Below, piece by piece: positions 1 to 11,338 of a stretch of 34,891 nt of DNA (the stretch's first letter is position 1; every line of letters begins with the position of its first letter). Position numbers and translations under genes: made by a program. The stretch is from Tubiluchus corallicola (taxonomy: Eukaryota > Animalia > Priapulida). The stretch is taken from NCBI GenBank assembly GCA_030141605.1, contig JAQGDQ010001554.1:1-34891 (forward strand). Direction: 5' to 3'. The notes beneath the pieces are model-generated. The model did no database searches. It saw nothing but the letters and a program-made list of their open reading frames with translations, and was not told where the DNA came from.

Positions 1-214
1 AGAAGAATTTATCGTGACTTGCGTTTTGGATGGAAACGGAAAACAAACAAAATCTTTGCAATTAAACACATTTAGATCTACCATCTTCACTGATCGAAGG
101 CCCTCTGACATAGTTGCCAAGTCAAGTAGGTAGACAGTTAATGATGAACAAAACGAGGCCTAATTTGACTGACTGTTAAACTTTACAATACAAAACTGCG
201 CGTGACGTTTGAAA

Positions 215-490
215 CCAATCCAGAATGCGAAGCACTGGGTTATAAGCTTATTTAGTTTTTTCTAGCCAGCTTTCAGGATAAATTCAATATTCATGAACAT
301 GGCATTTAAAATGCCATGTATCCTTGCTATGGATCTGTTTCCTTGTAGAATTCTAGAATACAGAGTAATTATATAGTGACGCCACAATATAAAAACTGGT
401 TAAAAACTTTTCACATGAACAATAAGAAGGAAAAGTGACTGGCGTCAAGGCGAAATAGACGGCTTTATAAAGTTACGTCACAAGCTAGAA
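215..490 (+). mobile_element. Diverged fragment of dispersed repeat family E (Kolobok/T2-like MITE)
   Basis: Colinear similarity to 26097-26390, e.g. aaggcgaaatagac..tttataaagttac vs acggcgaaatagac..tttacagagttac, and aaaaactggttaaaaactt vs aaaaactggctaaaaactt. No termini visible in this copy. Confidence 0.55.
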
Positions 491-771
491 CCCAAAAACC
501 ACTCAAAAAAGGAAAAGGAAGCTGCCTCAACCATCATTAACAGTAAACACTAAAACTCAACAATAGCCACTAGCAGCCAACAACTATTTAACAGCAATGT
601 GCATTCTTCCCACATAGTGTTCAACACAACGAAAAAATAATCTACTTGTGTAGTTCAGTTTCAACTAAGAGATAAACAAGATCTCGACTGGCTTTACACA
701 AAATTTAATTTTCAAAAAACATAAAGACCCATGACAAGAAACGTTATGATGCATTAAGTGATGCATGTTCT

Positions 772-1296
772 GATTGATAATAACAAACAAATTTTATTAG
801 GATTGATAACTACAAACAAATTTTATTAGGATTGATAACTACAAACAAATTTTATTAGGATTGATAACAACAAACAAATTTTATTAGGATTGATTACAAC
901 AAACAAATTTTATTAGGATAGATAGCAATAAACAAATTTTATTAGGATTGATTACAACAAACAAATTTTATTAGGATTGATTGCAACAAACAAATTTTAT
1001 TAGGATTGATAGCAACAAACAAATTTTATTAGGATTGATTACAACAAACAAATTTTATTAGGATTGATTGCAACAAACAAATTTTATTAGGATTGATAGC
1101 AACAAACAAATTTTATTAGGATTGATTACAACAAACAAATTTTATTAGGATTGATTGCAACAAACAAATTTTATTAGGATTGATAGCAACAAACAAATTT
1201 TATTAGGATTGATTGCAACAAACAAATTTTATTAGGATTGATTGCAACAAACAAATTTTATTAGGATTGATAGCAACAAACAAATTTTATTAGGAA
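772..1296. repeat. 29-bp minisatellite, ~18 copies
   Basis: Unit aacaaacaaattttattaggattgat(ag/ta/tg)c; the GG recurs every 29 nt from 800 to 1293. Confidence 0.97.
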
Positions 1297-1384
1297 TTTG
1301 TATTTTTACCAACTAGTCTGGTCAGAAATAATTGCAATAACAGCAATTTTAACATGATAATTTAAAGATGAAATTGTCAAAAGC

Positions 1385-1390
1385 TTTATT
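1385..1390 (-). promoter_or_regulatory. Candidate polyadenylation signal (AATAAA) of the protease gene
   Basis: tttatt on + is AATAAA on -, 8 nt beyond the stop codon. Confidence 0.4.
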
Positions 1391-1398
1391 AGAGTGCT

Positions 1399-2427
1399 CT
1401 AGAGATCTTTATACTGCAATTTTTCCCATTTCGTCACACTGAAAAAAATAACTAAGTACAGTGTAACTGCGTAAATTATCTTTGTTGTGCCATGTAATGG
1501 AGCAGCCATGTTGCGTACGAAGCCAAAGATGCTGCCGTCAGGTACATAAAGGCGCTTCGCATCTTCAATCCAATCTAAATAGTGAGAAATCTTCACAGCG
1601 GTGGTCGTTGTCGCACCATCAGCCCACGATTCCTGGTCCCATGGATATTTCACACCGCTTCTACTGGATATAATACCAATAACCTGTCCAGTACTTTTTA
1701 GTACCATGGGTCCACCTGAATCACCTAAATCAGAGCTGCGACTTGGATTATAGGCGCAAATAAGAAGAGCGGGGTCTTTTCCTGCACAGTCACCGTACAT
1801 GTCTACTACCAGTAACTCAGCTTTCTGTAAAAGCTCATTTATACGTGGTGGAACATCCCGTATCCCATGACTTCCCCATCCAGCTAAAACAGCTATTTCG
1901 TTAACATAATTAGCTCTCTCACAAAAGGGTATTTTAGCAGGCAGAATATCTTGATCGAATCCGGTAATGACAGTATACTCAACACGCCTGTTTAATCGCA
2001 CTAAGGCGATATCGTTATTCTGAAAAACTGTCGAATTTGGATCATAAAGGGCGTGTGTATGATACCACCTGATCCAACGTTCTATTGGCGAGTTCCTCCA
2101 AGTGTTGTGCCCCAATAAAACTTTTAAATCTTCTCCCGGTTTTTTAACTTTGTCAAAGCAATGAGCTGCTGTCAAGACCCACACATTATCAATGAGGATT
2201 CCTCCGCAATAATCCTCCGGCAAATCAAGAAAAACTATGTAGGGAAATTCCCTTTCTTTAACTGCTTCTCCACCTCGAATCCTAGGTTCAGCAGACAGTT
2301 CTGTTGCGTCAAATACGTCAGAATCAAATACATTCGCAACAGGCGAAGAAGTAGAGATCAGTGTAGAGAGACATTCGTCAAAGTAGAACCATGTAAGCAG
2401 ATACAAACCTGTAGTTGACAGTTCCAT
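1399..2427 (-). CDS. Intronless S1A (trypsin/chymotrypsin-like) serine protease zymogen, 342 aa, with C-terminal hydrophobic (TM or GPI) tail
   Basis: First ATG at 2427 (MELSTTGLYLLTWFYF, signal-like); the ORF-track start at 2475 is GTG. Activation site PR|IRGG; motifs YCGG, LTAAHC (His57), NNDIAL (Asp102), AGWG, GDSGGP (Ser195), YLDWI; tail IIYAVTLYLVIFFSV. Confidence 0.93.
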   Translation of the reverse strand: MELSTTGLYLLTWFYFDECLSTLISTSSPVANVFDSDVFDATELSAEPRIRGGEAVKEREFPYIVFLDLPEDYCGGILIDNVWVLTAAHCFDKVKKPGEDLKVLLGHNTWRNSPIERWIRWYHTHALYDPNSTVFQNNDIALVRLNRRVEYTVITGFDQDILPAKIPFCERANYVNEIAVLAGWGSHGIRDVPPRINELLQKAELLVVDMYGDCAGKDPALLICAYNPSRSSDLGDSGGPMVLKSTGQVIGIISSRSGVKYPWDQESWADGATTTTAVKISHYLDWIEDAKRLYVPDGSIFGFVRNMAAPLHGTTKIIYAVTLYLVIFFSVTKWEKLQYKDL

Positions 2428-2651
2428 ACTAGTGCTAAAATAATGTATTATTGCAGTGGTTCTCTGACCTTTCACAGGTGGTCATTTCTAAGAAATTTTT
2501 TTGGCCTGTTCTACTTTCATTATCGAACACTCGTCGAATACGTCAACATGTTGATAGTTGCCTGCTTCTACCGTCGATGTTGTCAAGTGCAAACAATTGT
2601 TTCCAAGGTTTTGTAACTTTCGAAAAAACAAATTGTTACAAGTCACGTTTC

Positions 2652-2761
2652 AGTTTAAACATAATTTATTTAGGATTGGATCAGACAGTTTGAACAACAT
2701 GTTTTAGGATCATCACCAGAACAGACTTTATACACTATTTACAAGAACATTTACAGTAAGA
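2652..2761 (-). mobile_element. Short dispersed repeat, probable 3' end of a non-LTR retroelement (copy 1)
   Basis: Near-identical to 6972-7080; the minus strand ends in ...atcctAAATAAAtt..tttaaac. Confidence 0.6.
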
Positions 2762-3404
2762 CTACACAAGCTGACAAGTTTTACTACAGGAATACATTAG
2801 ATGTACTGGAAATCTTGGATTGGCGTGCTTGGCGGCCTTCGCTTGTTGTTGGCTTTGGCCACCTTGTGGTGATTTTTGGCGTAATCACGTGATCAATTTG
2901 ATCTGGGTCAGAGGTCTACTGTGAAGTGAAGATGTGTCATAAGTTGATAAGATATTGTCGTTATCTGTTACAATTGCTTATGATTTTGGGCTAATAACAT
3001 ACGTATATACTCTCATTACGTCATAAAATTTAAATTTACTTTCATATAGCTGCTAGGTATTAATTAATACGATTGTGTAGTGTAGAACTCTTCATTATGT
3101 AAAATTGACTTTTGGCTAGTGTTATTTGTTTATTTGTGATTTTTTGGCACTAATTTCTTATGTTTAGATGGAATGACATGTTTTGGCAAATAAAGAGCAA
3201 AGAAAGAGCAAAATTTAATCGAACTTCGAATTTGGTTTTTGAAAACCCAAACATTAGACATTAGTAGAAAATGACGGTTAGAAAGCATTAATGTACGATT
3301 ATTTAAGACTGATGCATTTCATATCAGATAGAAACCACTGGAATCGTTTAGTACGTAATATAAAGTCATGTATACATTGGAATATTTTACAGTTAGTTAA
3401 ATTC

Positions 3405-3571
3405 TAGTGTGAACGCCTCGGTGAGTTACTCTCGAAACTTCTTGCAGTGAATAGGGAAGTGAGTGTCAGCTCACGCTTACTGTAAGACAGTAACTCGTCG
3501 CAAGTTTTGCCCTTTAGTCTGACCATGATTGTGAGTTACTTGGTGAGAAAACTCCCTAGTGTGAACGCGCC
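3405..3571. mobile_element. Possible PIF/Harbinger-like MITE fragment
   Basis: ctagtgtgaacgc occurs twice (3405, 3556). The end gtgtgaacgcgcc resembles GGC..TTCACAC Harbinger-type termini. No partner TIR found. Confidence 0.3.
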
Positions 3572-3677
3572 GTAAAAAGCTTGCTGTGAAAATGATCTAT
3601 TGTTACATCTCCGTTTAGTGTTGCGTTAAACGCGTGTATAAAACAATTAGTTGCGTATAGACGTTGATTTGAAATCT

Positions 3678-3986
3678 GAAACCACAGAGATAAACTTTTG
3701 TGTATGGCATAGCATAACGCACTGCAACGTAACGTCATGAAACCACAGAGATAAATTTTCCTGCATGGCATAGCATAATGCACTGCAGCGTAACGTTTTG
3801 AAACCACAGAGATAAACTTTTGTGTATGGCATAGCACAACGCTCTGCAATGTAACGTCATGAAGCCACAGAAATAAACTTTCCTGCATGGCATAGCATAA
3901 CGCACTGCAATGTAACGTCGTGAAACCACAGAAATAAACTTTCCTGTATGGCATAGCATAACACGCTGCAACGTAACGTCGTGAAG
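3678..3986. repeat. 61-bp minisatellite, 5 copies
   Basis: gaaaccacag.. starts at 3678, 3739, 3800, 3861 and 3922. Units 1 and 3 carry tgtgtat, units 2 and 4 carry cctgcat. Confidence 0.95.
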
Positions 3987-4081
3987 CATAGCGTATTGTA
4001 TATGGCTTGAGAAAACGAATATGGTACAAAATAACAAAGCAGGACGTAAAGTAACACAGCAGGTCATTGCACAGCACAGTA

Positions 4082-4540
4082 TAATACAATATAGTACAAT
4101 ACAAAGCAATACATTACAATACAATGCAATGCAATGCAATGCAATGCAATGCAATGCAATACAATACAATACAATACACTACACTACACTACACTACACT
4201 ACGATACGATACGATACGATACGATACGATACGATACGATACGATACGATACGATACAATACAATACAATACAATACAATACAATACAATACAATACAAT
4301 ACAATACAATACAATACAATACAATACGGTACGGTACGGCACGGCACGGCACGGCACGGCACGGCACGGCACGACACGACACGACACGACACGACACGAC
4401 ACGACACGACACGGTACGACACGACACGACACGACATGACACGACACGACACGACACGACACAACACAACACAACACAACACAACACAATACAAAGCAAA
4501 GCAATGCAATGCAATGCAGAGCAGCACAACAAGCACAACA
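4082..4540. repeat. Compound pentanucleotide microsatellite
   Basis: In-phase blocks of CAATG, CAATA, CACTA, CGATA, CAATA, CGGTA, CGGCA, CGACA, CAACA, CAAAG, CAATG. Confidence 0.97.
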
Positions 4541-5250
4541 CTTAACAGTTCATCGCATCAGTGATCAACAAAACACAAACTATTATTACTACTATTAAAC
4601 TATAACAGCTTATCAATATTAGCTTATTAAAATAATTTAATAATAGTTGTTACACCATAACTTATATCATGTAATGATATACTGTGATATTAATTACATT
4701 GTGACTGTTACATTACTGTACATCGTCCCAGTTTAAGAACAGCAGACAATTATATAATATTTATTTATTTAAATTATTAATTTCGACACTAGGATGAGTA
4801 AAATACAAGGTCGTTGTGCTTAATAATTTGTTATCTCCATGCATAAATGATGAAGTTAATCACATAAATTAAGAGACCTCCCATGCTTTAGTGTTTTCAA
4901 AAGCTGGCAGGGATCAAGCTCTTTGCTTCTACGAATCACTTATATGTTATGCAAATGTTATTTTCTCCTTTTCTGCTTTTGTTCACGCTCGAGCGATTTT
5001 CAACTGTGCTGATGACGTCACGTGTCGCCGCATGCCGCATAATCAATCCGCGGTATCAATTTGCGCGCGGCGGGGGTTTCGTTCGTTTGCCGATGTTTTA
5101 TGTTACGATAAATTCAATGAAAAGCAAACGCCAGAACAAAAACCCGACCCTAAAATTGCAAAAAAACTCATCGACTTGGTTCCCCCGGGCATTTATCGGC
5201 ACGGCCAGGAGAAAATGCAAGAAATTATGCAATGCAATACGCACAGTTGA

Positions 5251-5738
5251 AGGAAAGAACAAGTCTCTTAGCATGTTGGGTTTATTTTACTTATGTTATC
5301 ACTTAAACTGTTTGTGGTGTGCTAAAAGAAAGAACAAGTCACTCAGCATGTTGGGTTTATTTTACCGTTATCACTTAAACTATTTGTGGTGTGTTAAAAG
5401 AAAGAACAAGTCACTCAGTACGTTGGGTTTATTTTACTGTTAACACTTGAACTGTTTGTGGTGTGTTAAAAGAAAGAACAATTCACTTAGCATGTTGGGT
5501 TCATTTTACTGTTATCACTTAGACTGTTTGTGGTGTGCTAAAGGAAAGAACAAGTCTCTTAGCATGTTGAGTTTATTTACCGTTATCACTTAAAATGTTT
5601 GTGGTGCGTTAAAAGAAAGAACAAGTCACTCAGCATGTTGGGTTTATTTTACCGTTATCACTTAAACTGTTTGTGGTGTGCTAAAGAAAAGAACAAGTCA
5701 CTCAGTATGTTGGGTTTATTTTACTGTTATCACTTAAA
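5251..5738. repeat. 72-bp tandem repeat, ~7 copies, built from the left end of MITE family A
   Basis: aaagaacaagtc..cacttaaactgtttgtggtgtg(c/t)taa recurs at 71-75 nt spacing. Confidence 0.95.
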
Positions 5739-6218
5739 TCAAAGGAAACATAACAAAGAGATTTGCAAAGAAATGTCTATAAAGCATTGGTCTAATTTTT
5801 GTTACAGCTGAACAGAATTTTTTAAGCGTGGTGGTAACCACCATTTACTTGAAAATTATGACGTAACTGGTGGTCTTCGCGACTTTTCTTGAGCACATCG
5901 TGGCTTTCCGTAAACACGCGCTGCTTAAACTAATTCAAACTTCTGCAGCTTAACTAATGTTAACTAAAGAATATCACAAAATTACCTATACGATATAATA
6001 CTTTTACTGGCGTCAACACTGCACTACTTTTAGTCAGCCGATGAATGACGTCATTGGTGGACGAATGGGCGTTAAAAATGAGAGCGCCTAGGCGCCGGAT
6101 ATTAAAGTGACTTTACTAATTACAGGTGGTGTTTATCGAAATTTTATTACCAAATCCTTCTAGCATTTTTCGCCAACATTGAAATAATCCTCACTTCCCA
6201 GAAGAGTTGATCTTTCCT
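5251..6218 (+). mobile_element. Kolobok/T2-type MITE family A (left end tandemly amplified)
   Basis: Begins ttga|aggaaagaacaa and ends ttgatctttcct|ttaa (6219-6222). The body is homologous to the reverse complement of 9395-9910. Confidence 0.75.
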
Positions 6219-6774
6219 TTAACGCAATACAAGACTGCAGTAAGCTAAACGACGTTGCAAAACGAAATGCTCCGGTTTAACCCTAACGAAAGCAATAAAT
6301 GGCTAATTATTGCACAAAAATCAATGTACCATAGATAAATCTTTCTTTAATCAGGGTGTCTGCTGCTTACTGGAGATTTTACAACAGAAAACTTCTTCGG
6401 GGAACAATAATTAAACTTTAGCCCAACGGATAAACAGGATAAGTTGGTTAATAGAATTTTCGGTTAATTTAAATTTATAAGCTAAAGAGAAAAGCGCCCC
6501 GCCCTCTACCGGTAACTAAACATCTGCGGTTAAAGAGCTCAGCGTTAGTAATAAGAGCAAAAATTCATTTAGTCTTTAAAACATTGACCATTATAAAGAA
6601 AGCGTAAAATATGAAGAATTTGAGTTAGTCAATGGCAAGAACACAGGAGTAAATGTGTCATGTGCAAAGCTAGACGAGAAGCGTAAGAAAACTTTAAGAC
6701 AATAAACAAGAAAAATGATGGAGAAATACGTTACAATAAAACCAAACTTCTTTAACTTTTTCTGTTCCTCTGTG

Positions 6775-6967
6775 AGTCTTTCTCTCCTTACTCCTCTCTT
6801 TCTCCTTCCCTCTCTCTCTGCTCTCTTTCTCTTTCTCTCTCTCCCTCCCCTCTCTCTCTGTTCTCTCTCTCTCTCTCTCCTTCCCCTCTCCCTCTCTCTC
6901 TCTTTCTCTCTCTCCTTCCCCCTCTCTCTCACTCCCTCCCCTCTCTTTATTCTTCCCCTCTCTCTTT
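6775..6967. repeat. Degenerate CT-rich microsatellite
   Basis: Polypyrimidine (CT)n with interruptions. Confidence 0.9.
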
Positions 6968-7080
6968 AGTTTAGTTTAAACAATTTATTTAGGATTGGAT
7001 CAGACAGTTTGTACAACATGATTTAGGATCCTCACCACAACAGACTTTATACACTATTTACAAGAACATTTACAGTAAGA
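6966..7080 (-). mobile_element. Short dispersed repeat, probable 3' end of a non-LTR retroelement (copy 2)
   Basis: Matches 2652-2761; the minus strand ends AATAAAttgtttaaactaaactaaa (short-repeat tail). Confidence 0.6.
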
Positions 7081-7115
7081 ATAGACTATACTTAGTTTTT
7101 AGTATACTTTAGTAC

Positions 7116-7569
<454 letters not shown>

Positions 7570-7958
7570 TTCCAATTCAAGTGGTCTGGTGCACTTCTTT
7601 CAAAGTGCGACTTAGAAATCTCTCGAGTAATGGGAATTCTCGTTTAAACATGGCGGCAATCATTCGTAAGACAAAAGCAACATGAACTCAATTTTTCCTG
7701 CCAACTACTCCGGGTGTTTCGTTGATCAGAAATCGATGAAGGCAACGATAAAAAAAGTCAGCAGGATGTGGCGTGCAGTACCGGATGTGACGTCGTTTGC
7801 GACCGTGTGTCCTAAAATCACTCCTTTCATCGATTTGTAACGAGATTGTAAATAATTTATGGTGTTTTAGTACACACAATCTCAATTAACCCACATCAAT
7901 TATTGATGAGCTGACTTGTATTATTGTACAGTCCGAATTCAACGTGGTTGATATTTTG

Positions 7959-8301
7959 TTTCATTTCAAGTCAGCTTTATTTATACATTTATAGCGGGAG
8001 GTCTCTACTTGCGGGCAGGAGACCTTTACACAAACACTGAAACATTTATGTAATACGTACAATGAACAACCGGGAACCCTGTACATAGTTTAAGAATAGT
8101 TCATTGAAACATTTAAGCAATATGTAGATTTAAGACAAATAACTGGCAACCCTGTAAGTAGTTTAAGAACAGTACATTGAAACATTTAAGCAATTTGTAG
8201 CTGGCAACCCTGTAAGTAGTTTAAGAATAGTACATTGAAACATTTAAGCAATATGTAGCTGGCAACCCTGTAAGTAGTTTAAGAATAGTACATTGAAACA
8301 A
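7959..8301 (-). mobile_element. Probable LINE (L2/CR1-like) 3' end containing a 58-bp tandem repeat (~4 copies, 8071-8301)
   Basis: The minus strand has a stem aggtctc/gagacct (7999-8025), then AATAAA (7976-7981) and a tgaaatgaaa tail. aaccctgta recurs at 8075, 8148, 8206 and 8264. Confidence 0.5.
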
Positions 8302-8599
8302 ATCTTTCAAACAGTTAAGCATAATGCTAAGTAGTAAAACTTTGTTTGTTTTTTTACTTTAAAATTGGTTTTTCTTTCCTTTTAGCAATTTTTTCTTATT
8401 TATTTGTTATAAACTTCGTAAATCTGGTAAAGAAAATTTAGAATTTAGTTTAGAATTGAAAGGGTTGAAAAAAATTGAAAAAAGTCTCAAACGGAGACAT
8501 TGTTAAAAGCCTGTAACTTGGTTTACACTGAAACTACCACGTAATAGTAGTAATTCATAAGCTTTGCTAAAAATGTATGCAATACTCTGTAATTTAAAA

Positions 8600-9171
8600 A
8601 GCAAAATTGGACCCAATCTTAGCAGCAGGTCAAAACAATCTACTCTTTAAAATATTGAAAGGAAACATACTATTGTTTCAAATTTGACTTACGTGAAAGA
8701 ATTATTACCACACAAACGCAATTTTGTATTCGCGCCACTAGTTCTTCGCTGTTACATGCATTTCGCCATTTGGCCTGCATTTCGGAAACGCATTGCACAA
8801 AAACAGGTGCTGTACCTGTCGGTTTGGATGTATTACTTTGTGACGAACTACACACGTTCGACAGCTCATGCGGGAGAACAGAGGTAAATTTGAAATTTGA
8901 ATTTTTATCTTAAAACTTGCCTAGTTTTAGTACAATACACTTACAGTAGCACTGTACTTCAATTTTCGCTTTCGCAAACACGTGCAACTGAATGTATTTG
9001 CTGTTGCAAATCATGTTAGTTTGTGATGTCATCAATAGTTGGGCTCGCCCGCTGTTAATTACATTTTTAATCTATCAAAAACGGTTTGCAATATCAGTTG
9101 TGTTAAAATGTGTACTTTTTTACTGTACTTCAAAATGGGGTAATATGTGAAAAATCTCACCCTGTTTTCCT
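8600..9171 (+). mobile_element. Kolobok/T2-type MITE family B, near full length
   Basis: Starts agcaaaattggacccaatctt and ends ctgttttcct|ttaa; colinear with 18463-19090. Confidence 0.8.
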
Positions 9172-9394
9172 TTAAGAACAATTTCATTAGTAAACCTTTA
9201 ATTAGGTCTTTAATTAAACCTTTAATTAGGTCTATTATAATAATTTTTTAGTTTCAAAATGTTTGAAAGTTGGAAGACACACAATAGAAGAAAATGAAGA
9301 ACTAATTATTTATGTTTTGATAATTGAAATTTCATTATGTAATTTCCAGTTATTTATCTAAGTAAAACAAATTCATTACTTGCAAAGGCTTTAA

Positions 9395-9910
9395 AGGAAA
9401 GGTCAAGGCTTCTAAGAGGTTAGGCTCATTTCAATGTTCGCGAAGACTGTTAGAAGGATTTAGTAATAAAACTGCAATAAGCGCCTCGTGTAACTAGCAA
9501 AACCACTTCATGCTTGTGAACTCCCATTTTGAATGTCCATTCTTCTTCCAATGACGTCATTCGTCCCGAAGAATAGTACCGCACTGTCAATGTACAAGGA
9601 AATTAGATAGCTGATTTTCTAATATTTTTGCATTAACATTGTCCAAGCTGCAAAAGTTTGAAAAAGTTTAAGCAGCGCTCTTACGGACAGCTACGAAGCG
9701 CTTACGAAGACTCACGAAGTCTCCCACTTACGTCGTGATTTCCTTGTGAATGGCGGCAACCACCACGCCTGAAAATTTCTATTCAGAGGTTGTATATATT
9801 TTAAATTTACGTTTTATAGGCAGTTCTTTGCAAATTTCGTTGTTAAATTTTCTAAGTTTAAGTGAAAACAGTCAAATAAGCCCAACATACTGAGTGACTT
9901 GTTCTTTCCT
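9395..9910 (-). mobile_element. Kolobok/T2-type MITE family A, full length (516 bp)
   Basis: ttaa|aggaaaggtcaa ... ttgttctttcct|ttat: short TIRs and a TTAA-type target site. Confidence 0.8.
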
Positions 9911-10332
9911 TTATGTAATACTCATTTCAGTACCAAAAAATCACTTACAGCTTCTATTCAAAAGCGAACAAATAAGTATTTTAAGCAAATAATTGACCTA
10001 CATGAAAGCTTGTATAATAGCTGTTCAAGTGAGGCCATTAATCTCGCTGTGCTGAATGACGGATCACCGTCTGCTACTCTCTGGTTAGATGGACGTCACG
10101 TAATTTTGGATGATCATACGCTAATTCGGCGGATGAGATTTCACAAGGCGCGTGCATTGATTGTGCACGTGACCTACATGACTTCAGACATGATGTATGA
10201 TCATGATCGTTAACTTTGTATGATTCATTTTTGTATGATTCATAATTATCGATTTTATAGTCAGATTTCGGTTCATTTATTATCTTATGAAGATAATTTG
10301 CAGGTAATTCATACATAATTGTATTAATAAAA

Positions 10333-11338
10333 CTACTTAAACTCTAACATCTATGACTGTGTGCTTAGTGTCCGTCTACTTAAACTCTTACATCCATGAC
10401 TGTGTGCTTAGTGTCCGTCTACTTGAACTCTTACATCTATGACTGTGTGCTTAGTGCCCGTCTACTTGAACTCTTACATTCATGACTGTGTGCTTAGTGC
10501 CCGTCTACTTGAACTCCTACATCTATGACTGTGTGCTTAGTGTCCGTCTACTTGAACTCTTACATCTATGACTGTGTGCTTAGTGTCCGTCTACTTGAAC
10601 TCTTACATCCATGACTGTGTGCTTAGTGTCCGTCTACTTGAACTCTTACATCTATGACTGTGTGCTTAGTGCCCGTCTACTTGAACTCTTACATTCATGA
10701 CTGTGTGCTTAGTGCCCGTCTACTTGAACTCCTACATCTATGACTGTGTGCTTAGTGTCCGTCTACTTGAACTCCTACATCTATGACTGTGTGCTTAGTG
10801 CCCGTCTACTTGAACTCTTACATCTATGACTGTGTGCTTAGTGTCCGTCTACTTGAACTCTTACATCCATGACTGTGTGCTTAGTGTCCGCCTACTTGAA
10901 CTCTTACATCTATGACTGTGTGCTTAGTGCCCGTCTACTTGAACTCCTACATCTATGACTGTGTGCTTAGTGCCCGTCTACTTGAACTCCTACATCTATG
11001 ACTGTGTGCTTAGTGCCCGTCTACTTGAACTCCTACATCTATGACTGTGTGCTTAGTGCCCGTCTACTTGAACTCTTACATCTATGACTGTGTGCTTAGT
11101 GTCCGCCTACTTGAACTCTTACATCTATGACTGTGTGCTTAGTGTCCGTCTACTTGAACTCTTACATTCATGACTGTGTGCTTAGTGTCCGTCTACTTGA
11201 ACTCTTACATCTATGACTGTGTGCTTAGTGTCCGCCTACTTGAACTCTTACATCTATGACTGTGTGCTTAGTGCCCGTCTACTTGAACTCCTACATCTAT
11301 GACTGTGTGCTTAGTGCCCGTCTACTTGAATTCTAACA
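10333..11338. repeat. 43-bp minisatellite, ~23 copies
   Basis: Unit tctacttgaactcttacatctatgactgtgtgcttagtg(t/c)ccg; 10333 to 11322 is 23x43. Confidence 0.98.

Noticed and set aside
2428-2475. 16-aa N-terminal extension of the protease in the ORF track
   Set aside because: It starts at GTG; the first ATG (2427) directly precedes the signal-like segment.
3556-4564. Many overlapping ORFs with Cys/Tyr/Thr-rich repeats
   Set aside because: Translations of the 61-bp and pentamer repeats, open in several frames on both strands.
10333-11338. CRISPR-like array (also the 29-, 35-, 61- and 72-bp arrays)
   Set aside because: Units are head-to-tail with no unique spacers, there are no cas genes, and the context is eukaryotic.
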